From positions 15,149 through 79,148 of the forward strand of contig JAGTRC010000005.1 of assembly GCA_018396725.1 (NCBI GenBank): DNA of 64,000 bases, read 5' to 3'. Shown here piece by piece: positions 57,483 through 64,000 of this stretch. Made by a program: the position numbers and the translations under genes. Source of the stretch: Candidatus Bathyarchaeota archaeon. Its GTDB lineage: Archaea > Thermoproteota > Bathyarchaeia > 40CM-2-53-6 > DTGE01. Positions within the stretch are counted from its first letter, which is position 1, and the number at the start of each line of letters is the position of its first letter. The notes beneath the pieces are model-generated. The model saw nothing but the letters and a program-made list of their open reading frames with translations. It was not told the origin of the DNA and did not search any database.

Positions 57483-58697
57483 ATGCCCTTCATAGCCGTC
57501 TCGAGGGATAAATGCGTTAAATGCGGTTTATGCCTGCGGGCCTGCCCGTTCGAAGCCGTGACCATGGTGGAGGGTTATCCTGAATTCAACGAGAACTGCC
57601 GTTTCTGCGGGGCATGCGTATCCGCCTGCCCGGTTCAGGCGATCACCATGACGGTGGAGGAGGCCGCCAAGGCGGTTGACCTCTCCAAGTATAGGGGGGT
57701 GATGGTCTTCGCGGAGCAGAGGGAGGGCCGGGTAGCCCCGGTGGTCTACGAGCTCATAGGCAAGGGCAGGGAGCTGGCGGGGAAGCTTGGAGAACCCTTG
57801 TACGCGGTCCTCCTAGGCTCCAATATCAGGGGGGAGGCTGAGAACCTCCTCAGATACGGCTTGGACAAGGTCTACGTCTACGACCACAGCAGCTTGGGGA
57901 GGTTCAGGGACGATCCATACACCCAGCTCATAGCGGAGCTGGTTGAGGAGGTGAAGCCCAGCATAATCCTCATAGGGGCCACCTCGATAGGACGGTCCCT
58001 GGCGCCTAGGCTCGCCTCTAGGCTTAAGACAGGGTTGACGGCGGACTGCACAGGCTTGGACGTGGATGAGAAGGGGAACCTGATACAGACGAGGCCGGCC
58101 TTCGGGGGGAACATCATGGCCACCATCATAACGCCTAACCATCGCCCCCAGATGGCCACGGTGAGATATAAGGTGATGGCTGAGGCTGAGCCTGTGGAGA
58201 ACCCTAAGGGGGAGATAGAGGAGAGGACGGTCAACCCTGAAGGATTAATCGATCGAACCGAGGTTATAAGTTTCCAGAGGGAGGAGGGCGAAGTATCCAT
58301 AACCGAGGCGGATGTGATAGTCTCCGGGGGGAGGGGCTTAGGGGGGCCTGAAGGCTTCAAGCTCCTAGAGGAGCTGGCCAGGCTTCTAGGGGGGGCCGTC
58401 GGGGCGAGCAGATCGGCCGTCGACGAGGGATGGATAAGCTACTCCCATCAGATAGGCCTGAGCGGCAGGACCGTGAGGCCCAAGCTCTACATAGCCTGCG
58501 GGATCTCGGGATCCGTCCAACACCTGGCCGGCATGCAGACCTCCGAGGTGATAGTGGCGATAAATAAGGATCCGAACGCCCCCATATTCAAGGTCTCAAC
58601 CTATGGGATAGTCGGGGACCTATACGAGGTGGTGCCCGAGCTGATAAGGAGGATAAAGGAGAACAGGAGAGCTTCAAGCGGGGCAGCCGAGGAATAG
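57483..58697 (+). CDS. etfA: electron transfer flavoprotein alpha subunit with N-terminal 2x[4Fe-4S] ferredoxin domain (EtfA/FixB-type)
   Basis: CVKCGLCLRACP and CRFCGACVSACP clusters followed by EtfA domains (the FAD-binding C-terminus has VAINKDPNAPIF). Confidence 0.85.
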   Translation: MPFIAVSRDKCVKCGLCLRACPFEAVTMVEGYPEFNENCRFCGACVSACPVQAITMTVEEAAKAVDLSKYRGVMVFAEQREGRVAPVVYELIGKGRELAGKLGEPLYAVLLGSNIRGEAENLLRYGLDKVYVYDHSSLGRFRDDPYTQLIAELVEEVKPSIILIGATSIGRSLAPRLASRLKTGLTADCTGLDVDEKGNLIQTRPAFGGNIMATIITPNHRPQMATVRYKVMAEAEPVENPKGEIEERTVNPEGLIDRTEVISFQREEGEVSITEADVIVSGGRGLGGPEGFKLLEELARLLGGAVGASRSAVDEGWISYSHQIGLSGRTVRPKLYIACGISGSVQHLAGMQTSEVIVAINKDPNAPIFKVSTYGIVGDLYEVVPELIRRIKENRRASSGAAEE

Positions 58698-58733
58698 ACG
58701 GGGATCCCCTACGCCTCCACAGGATGAGCCCTC

Positions 58734-59762
58734 CTAGCGGATTTCCCTGAGGGATCTCTCCTTCACCCTGATGACCATGAAGAGCATCGCTGCGAGGAGC
58801 ACGGTTATTATCAAGGCCGGCAGGTTATATCTGGCTATCATGTCCCCTATATAGGCGTATAACAGGCATCTCGGGATGGATCCTATAAAGGTGAGCGCAG
58901 TGAACCTCCAGGGCTTCACCCTCGTCAACCCTGAAAGGTAGGAGATGGCGTCGAAGGGTATGAAGGGTATGAGCCTCCCCAGGAGGATGGTCCACAACCC
59001 GTATCTATGGAACCAGAGGTCAACCCTCCCAATGGCATCCCCCTTGACGAGCTTCTCCGCTAATGGTCTGCCGCCCAGCCTCGCGATGTAGAAGCATATT
59101 AATCCCCCTATGGTCGAGCCTAAGCCGCCGTATAAGCCCACGTTCAAGGGGTTCATGACCATGCCCGCGAAGGCTAGTATGGCCTCGTTGGGGATGGGGG
59201 AGAATACTGAGCCCAGGATCATGGCCGCGAGCAGGCCCCTCGGCCCGTACCTGATCATCCAAGCCTTGGAGGCTAATACGATCCGGCCGATCATCCTCCG
59301 CCCCTCATCCATGTAGGCTGATAGGATCGGGGACATGGTTGATATCCAACGGCCCATAACCGGGGCTCCCGCTACGATTATCTCCCTCGTAACCCATACC
59401 ATGGGTATGAAGCTCATGAAGAGCATGAGCATGGTGAGGCTGTATAATAGGTTGGAGATGAGCCTGATCCTGTCGGTCGCCTCGGAGATCTTCAGGATGA
59501 TCCAGGCGGAGAGGAGCGCCAGTATCGAGAGAGGCGGCAGGAACAAGGCCAACCCTATCAGGAAGATGGGATAATCCAATCCATGCTCCGATAATTCTGC
59601 TGAGACCCGGCCCATGAAAGGCAGCTCCAGGTAAGCCGTGTAATCGAAGGTCTCAAGGGAGTAGCGTGGAACCAGGAGGAGGAGGCTCAGCAGCCACAGG
59701 GACAGGTACGCGATGGCGAGCCCGGCCATCACCCTGGATGCTAAACGATCCTTATAGGCCAT
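58734..59762 (-). CDS. DedA/VTT-domain membrane protein with extra N-terminal TM segments
   Basis: C-terminal half matches the DedA family (ARLGGRPLAEKL..., GRLIPFIPFDAISYLSGLT). Confidence 0.65.
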   Translation of the reverse strand: MAYKDRLASRVMAGLAIAYLSLWLLSLLLLVPRYSLETFDYTAYLELPFMGRVSAELSEHGLDYPIFLIGLALFLPPLSILALLSAWIILKISEATDRIRLISNLLYSLTMLMLFMSFIPMVWVTREIIVAGAPVMGRWISTMSPILSAYMDEGRRMIGRIVLASKAWMIRYGPRGLLAAMILGSVFSPIPNEAILAFAGMVMNPLNVGLYGGLGSTIGGLICFYIARLGGRPLAEKLVKGDAIGRVDLWFHRYGLWTILLGRLIPFIPFDAISYLSGLTRVKPWRFTALTFIGSIPRCLLYAYIGDMIARYNLPALIITVLLAAMLFMVIRVKERSLREIR

Positions 59763-59765
59763 GGC

Positions 59766-60437
59766 CTATCCCCTCAACCCAGCCCAGCCTATCCGTTCGG
59801 CGAGGCCCCTGAGAATCCCCAGTATCTCCATCCTATACTTGGCTGCGACCATGCCTATAACCCAGCCTGTCAACCCGCCTGCGACGACGTCTAAGGGCCA
59901 GTGAACACCGAGGTATATCCTGCTCAGGGATACCGTGAAGGCTAGGGGGTAGAGTATGAGCCTCCTCCTCCGGGTGGCTCCTAGGACCGCGGCCGCCGAG
60001 AAGACGTTCTTGGCGTGGCCGCTGGGGAAGCTGGGTCCTCCCTCAACCTCCAGGACCCTGGCGGGGACCATGTGGAACGGCCTAGCCCTGGGGAGGAAGA
60101 CCTTCAAGGGCAGGAACAATAAGCCGCCGACGACGACCGCTGAGGCCAACAGGGCGGCGTCGCCCCTCCTCCCCGAGAGCCAGAGCAGGGCCGAGAGGAG
60201 GAGCCAGAAGAGCGTGGATCCTAGATGAGTCAAGACCCATAGGGGCCCGTCAAGCCAGTTTGAGGCTAAACCCTGGTTGAGGAACATGAAGGCCTTCAGG
60301 TCCCACTCGGATATTGGCGGGGGGAGAAGCTGGTTTGTGGGATCCAACCTTTTCAGGTAGATCTCATCGATGAACTCTACACCTAGACATAATGCGATGA
60401 AGAGCAGCGATGAGGCTAAAGCCTTGATCCTATCCAT
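59766..60437 (-). CDS. PAP2-family phosphatase
   Basis: PAP2 motifs KxxxxxxRP (LKVFLPRARP), PSGH and SRxxxxxHxxxD (SRIYLGVHWPLD). Confidence 0.8.
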   Translation of the reverse strand: MDRIKALASSLLFIALCLGVEFIDEIYLKRLDPTNQLLPPPISEWDLKAFMFLNQGLASNWLDGPLWVLTHLGSTLFWLLLSALLWLSGRRGDAALLASAVVVGGLLFLPLKVFLPRARPFHMVPARVLEVEGGPSFPSGHAKNVFSAAAVLGATRRRRLILYPLAFTVSLSRIYLGVHWPLDVVAGGLTGWVIGMVAAKYRMEILGILRGLAERIGWAGLRG

Positions 60438-60692
60438 TATTCCCCTGTTCCCCAGCCTTTCCCTCGATGCTCGTCTATCTAATTCCCATCTTGATTAGGG
60501 GTAGGGGCCTTATCAATGCTTCCTAAGATAGGTGATTGCCGGGATTATGGGATGCCGGGATGGAGGCTAAATCTGAAAATGCTACGCGGAGCCGGGCGGA
60601 ACCAATCCTCCTTGAACGTGATCATCCGCCTAAACGCCGTCTCTGCTTGGAATCGTCCACGACGGGCTGGATCTACGCAGATTTCTGAAGGT

Positions 60693-61154
60693 TCAGGATA
60701 TGGCGTGTAATGGTTGAATCTTGAACTCGGATTTTTTCTTCTTGAGGAACTCCTGGAATTCCTCCTCCCTGCTCAGATCCTGGATATCCTTATCCTCGGT
60801 TATCAGGATCTCGCTTCGAGCCATAGCTGATGAGAGGATCAGGCAGTCTATGAAGTCGCTCAGCATCCTTCTTAACTCGAGGGCTGTAAGTAGGATGGAG
60901 CTGTCATGGATCGGAATCCTCGTTATCCTCTCATCGTGGAGTATCGCCCTTATCCCCCTACACACCCTTTCGGCGTCGAGTCTTCCGAGGACGGCATGTT
61001 TGGCGCCTATGGCTGAAAGCTCGAAGATCGTAATGTCGCTTATGGAGATCTGATATCCCCTCTTGATCAGCTTTATCATGGTATCTCTCGGGAAATCTTT
61101 AATTGAAACCCCTATTATTGGGAGCAGATAGCTGGTGTCTAATAGAAGCTTCAA
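60693..61154 (-). CDS. PIN-domain ribonuclease VapC
   Basis: TTG start with MKLLLDTSYLLP. Conserved PIN acidic residues. Overlaps the upstream VapB gene. Confidence 0.8.
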   Translation of the reverse strand: MKLLLDTSYLLPIIGVSIKDFPRDTMIKLIKRGYQISISDITIFELSAIGAKHAVLGRLDAERVCRGIRAILHDERITRIPIHDSSILLTALELRRMLSDFIDCLILSSAMARSEILITEDKDIQDLSREEEFQEFLKKKKSEFKIQPLHAIS

Positions 61155-61384
61155 GATTCAGCGCTCCTTGAAAGCTCTCTCCTGAAGCTGTGGAACTCTT
61201 CTAGGCTTATCTCGATCGAGGGATCTTCCCCTAAAACCTCTTCTAGGGTGGGGATGGCCTCGACTATGAGCCTTCCCCCCTCGACCTTATAGATAACCTT
61301 CTTGTGGGGGGTGAGTCCAAGTTTCTCCCTTATCTCCTTAGGGGGGAAGAGTTCACCCTTCGAACCTACCCGACTTTCCGGCAT
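61151..61384 (-). CDS. AbrB/SpoVT-type antitoxin VapB
   Basis: LFPPKEIREKLGLTPHKKVIYKVEGGRLIVE. The C-terminal EEFHSFRRELSRSAES resembles the VapB at 48109-48348. Confidence 0.7.
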   Translation of the reverse strand: MPESRVGSKGELFPPKEIREKLGLTPHKKVIYKVEGGRLIVEAIPTLEEVLGEDPSIEISLEEFHSFRRELSRSAES

Positions 61385-61541
61385 TTCTCAATCTACCAGA
61401 TAAAAAATTATTATTCGACTAATTTAAATATTTCGAATATTCCTGTAGGTGCAGGTTCTTCTATGAATTAAGACCTCTGAGGGGGCATAAGAAATTCTTA
61501 TAAGGGCTGAGCAGCCAAAAATACATACTCGTTATCGTTGG

Positions 61542-62549
61542 ATGGTGAAGTTGAAGGCTCCAACGATCATATACCTGATCGTTCTATGCTCGATTCTCTG
61601 TCTAGCATCCGTCTACGGCTACACGTCCAAAGAGGTTACGCTATACCCGATAGCGGACTCATACGTGGACTCGTTGAACCCAGACAACAATTACGGCGGT
61701 TCATCCAGCCTATTCGCCGAATATGGGGTAGCGGACGACTTTCAATATATAAGAAATGCATATATCATGTTCGATTTGGCCGGGCTGCCCCAGGGGACGA
61801 TCGTAGAGTCGGCAACTTTGACGGTCTACGTTTTCTACGTTAGTTCGACGATGAAGGTTTACCTCCACTTCTGCCAGGACGGCTCTTGGGGGGAGCTTGA
61901 GATAAATTGGCGGAACGCCCCGAGATACGTCGATAAGCCGGTAGGCACGGTCCTTATGGCTAAGTCGATGGAGTTCTACCCGATAGACGCGACCGAGGCG
62001 GTTAGACAGGCCTTGTCCAAAGGCTTAAGTAGGGTTACCCTGGTGGTGACCACAGAGCTTAAGACCGGCTTATTTGAAGGCATCCAATTCGATTCGAGAG
62101 AGTCGGCGATCGGAGAGTATTGGCCGAAGCTTAGGATCGTCTACTCGGTTGGAGCCTCAACCACGAGGACTGCTACCGAAACTATGAGCGGGACCGTTGG
62201 GACGCCGGTCTCCACGGCGACCCTGGTGCGGACGATGTGGGCCACAGCGACGGAGACAGTTACAAAGATGGAGACCCTTAGGGAGTCCTTCTACTTCACG
62301 GTTACGAGGCGGGCGGAAGCGCCATCCCCAAGCTTCATGGCTGCAGCCTTCGCCGCGGGCGCAGCCGTAGGCGTCCTAGCCACACATCTAATCAAGCCAA
62401 AACATTTGAAGACCAAGCCCCCGCTCGGAGAGGCCCCAGAAGCCTCTGAGTTAGGCGTTATGCATTGCCCGCATTGCGGTGGGGAATTAAGGTCCTTGGG
62501 CGCCACGGGGAAGAGCATATGCCCCAGATGCGGCAGGATCTACGGATGA
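61542..62549 (+). CDS. membrane-anchored protein with extracellular DNRLRE domain, Thr-rich linker, TM helix and cytoplasmic C4 zinc ribbon
   Basis: Signal peptide/anchor. DNRLRE-type pattern (ADSYVDSLNPDNNYGGSSSL...AYIMFDLAGLPQGTIVESATLTVYV...WGELEINWRNAP). Low-complexity T/A-rich linker, TM FMAAAFAAGAAVGVLATHLI, C-terminal CPHCGG...CPRCG. Confidence 0.65.
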   Translation: MVKLKAPTIIYLIVLCSILCLASVYGYTSKEVTLYPIADSYVDSLNPDNNYGGSSSLFAEYGVADDFQYIRNAYIMFDLAGLPQGTIVESATLTVYVFYVSSTMKVYLHFCQDGSWGELEINWRNAPRYVDKPVGTVLMAKSMEFYPIDATEAVRQALSKGLSRVTLVVTTELKTGLFEGIQFDSRESAIGEYWPKLRIVYSVGASTTRTATETMSGTVGTPVSTATLVRTMWATATETVTKMETLRESFYFTVTRRAEAPSPSFMAAAFAAGAAVGVLATHLIKPKHLKTKPPLGEAPEASELGVMHCPHCGGELRSLGATGKSICPRCGRIYG

Positions 62550-62620
62550 AGAGCCTCATCCTCAGCCGGTCAATTCAACCCTTCCTCAGCCCTGCCAGAG
62601 GCTCAACCGCTGGGGAACCC

Positions 62621-62655
62621 GTTTTCGCTGGACGAAAGCCTCCGTCTCCTTTATT
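62621..62655 (+). terminator. hairpin plus U-rich tract downstream of the DNRLRE gene
   Basis: gttttcg-ctgga-cgaaagc forms a 7-bp stem (one G-U pair), followed by ctcctttatt. Confidence 0.3.
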
Positions 62656-62745
62656 GATAGTCGGTCGGCGGGGATGGAGTGTGCAGGGCTGATGGGTGGA
62701 AATTTAAAAAACTCGGATTTTTCGATGCTATGTCCAGGGGTGGGC

Positions 62746-62973
62746 TTAGAAGATCCTCTTCTTCGGCGGGGTCGTCGGGAAGTACACTTTGCATCTATTG
62801 CAGTACCAGTAGGTTAGGGCTGGTATCCAATCCAATGTGTGGCCGCAGTAGGGGCAGAAGCGGTCGCGTACATAGTAGATGGAGGGTGCGGGGATCACCA
62901 GGGGAACCACCACGTACGGCGCGGGCACGTAATATACCGGTGAAAGCTCCACATACACTTTTAAAGCCTCCAA
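62746..62973 (-). CDS. small zinc-ribbon protein with Pro/Val/Tyr-rich N-terminus
   Basis: CPYCGH...CNRCK zinc ribbon. 75 aa. Convergent with the DNRLRE/Zn-ribbon gene. Confidence 0.4.
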   Translation of the reverse strand: MEALKVYVELSPVYYVPAPYVVVPLVIPAPSIYYVRDRFCPYCGHTLDWIPALTYWYCNRCKVYFPTTPPKKRIF

Positions 62974-63144
62974 ATATGATTTCCTATATTTACCAATAAA
63001 AGGATTACCCTCGCCCTCTAGATAAACCTGGTGATTTATGGTTAATGGTTCGCCTCATGGCAGGGATGGATCCGCCGTGGGTCTCTCCCCCTTAGGGTTG
63101 GGGGCGACGGGCGTCCCTGGATCGGCTGGGCTTCGAGTGATTCC

Positions 63145-64000
63145 TTAGGGGATCCCAGCCTTAGCGGAGAGCTTCAGGGCCCTGAGGTGGGCGGATATTA
63201 TGGATTCCCTTATCACCTCTTTATCCGGGTATTCGGCTTCTACTGCGAGCTGCCTGGCTTCGCGGTAGGCCCTGGCTATTATGATGGGTAGGGACTCCCT
63301 GGTGGGTATGTGGGCGTTGACGGCTAGGCTTAGGGCCTTGGAGGCCGCCTCCATGATCTGCCTTTTGTACTCCTCCAGGTCCAGCGTTAAGTCTTCGCCC
63401 GTGATTATTGTCCCGTTGGAGTAGGCGGAGATCAGGGATAGCCCCGCCTCTACGGGTTTTATACCGAGCCTGGATAGGAGGGATGCCAGCCTCGGCGATA
63501 TGACTTCGCCCTTCCTGGCCGCCACGGTGTCCATGGTTATCCATATGGTGCCGGAGTCTATCTTTGTGGGTATCTTCACGGCGCCGAACTCGCTTATTAT
63601 GGGGCCCGGGGGTATCCCGGTGTTTCCCGCCGGGACCACTATGTCGGACTCGGCTACGTCCCCTCCCTTGGCTTCAACCCTGACCTTGCTCCTCCGTACG
63701 AGGAGGGAGAGCTTGAATGGATCCATGCTGGTGAACAGGAGGAGGGCGCCGCCCTTTATGGAGTCTATGAGCCCCTTCAGGTTGGGCTTCTCCCCTTCGA
63801 GCTCCTCGGCGGCCTTCCTGGCGAGGGTCTTCTTTATAACCATCATCTCCGCATGGTTTCTCAGCCTCCTCCGGATCTCGTGGAGCATGGCCGACCTCGC
63901 CTTGGAGAGCTCCGCTGCCGCCACCACGGGGTACCTCCTGAAATACCCTTTTAGGCGTTCGACGACCTCCCTCTTCCATTCGGGGGGCTCCCTGCGCAGC
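63145..64000 (-). CDS. ribosomal protein P0 (uL10); 5' end outside the window; lacks the usual acidic C-terminal tail
   Basis: The frame is open to the window end (PEWKREVVERLKGYFRRYPVVAAAE...). Domains I and II and the spine helix are recognisable. It ends at ...LKLSAKAGIP* with no linker or acidic tail. Confidence 0.8.
   Translation of the reverse strand, partial: LRREPPEWKREVVERLKGYFRRYPVVAAAELSKARSAMLHEIRRRLRNHAEMMVIKKTLARKAAEELEGEKPNLKGLIDSIKGGALLLFTSMDPFKLSLLVRRSKVRVEAKGGDVAESDIVVPAGNTGIPPGPIISEFGAVKIPTKIDSGTIWITMDTVAARKGEVISPRLASLLSRLGIKPVEAGLSLISAYSNGTIITGEDLTLDLEEYKRQIMEAASKALSLAVNAHIPTRESLPIIIARAYREARQLAVEAEYPDKEVIRESIISAHLRALKLSAKAGIP

Overview
The window reads as a GC-rich (about 58-60% GC by eye) archaeal chromosome segment, most likely from a Thermoproteota/crenarchaeal-type genome. 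The evidence for that is a tRNA-Pro(UGG) gene that appears to carry two introns, one of them at a non-canonical position, together with an archaeal housekeeping repertoire. That repertoire comprises RIO kinase, a KH/Dim2-like protein, topoisomerase VI B/A, ABCE1, the KEOPS subunits Kae1, Bud32 and Pcc1 next to a RecJ/GAN-like DHH nuclease, ribosomal S15 and the aIF2-gamma/PIN/Rpo7(RpoE')/Spt4 cluster. It also includes serine hydroxymethyltransferase, Sec61-beta, an ETF beta subunit plus ferredoxin-fused alpha subunit, ribosomal P0, endonuclease IV and the GMP synthase ATP-pyrophosphatase subunit. Two ABC transporters are present: a Zn/Mn-type system with a DtxR-family regulator, and a fused-permease system followed by a PhoU-like protein. 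Interspersed with these is an unusually dense set of toxin-antitoxin modules: seven PIN/VapC genes plus one decayed PIN remnant, two MNT (minimal nucleotidyltransferase)/HEPN pairs, and several AbrB- or RHH-type antitoxins. Many of these, and only these, carry frameshifts at short homopolymer or repeat tracts: an ATPase (two), a HEPN gene, an MNT gene, a DUF86 gene (two) and a PIN remnant. This pattern argues for real decay of accessory genes rather than random sequencing error. The most interesting structure is an AT-rich patch at about 47.85-49.33 kb abutting the tRNA-Pro gene. An open frame reads straight through the 3' half of the tRNA and on into a truncated integrase-like N-terminal domain, which is the signature of an SSV-type partitioned integrase. 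A vapBC pair lies inside the patch, so I interpret it as a decayed integrated element. Other items worth a second look are listed here. One is a wHTH-MNT fusion with a frameshifted HEPN partner, inside an accessory cluster at 8.4-13.5 kb that also holds an SdpI-like membrane protein and a frameshifted P-loop ATPase. Another is a membrane protein with an extracellular DNRLRE domain and a cytoplasmic zinc ribbon, convergent with a small zinc-ribbon protein. Others are an M23/LytM-like motif protein, tandem direct repeats sitting between a TATA box and the start of an archaeal ATPase gene, a P0 gene lacking the acidic tail with no P1 gene downstream, and several long non-coding gaps containing strong hairpins. 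No CRISPR array, rRNA or intact transposase was seen. All coordinates for features not taken from the ORF track are hand-derived and may be off by a few bases.
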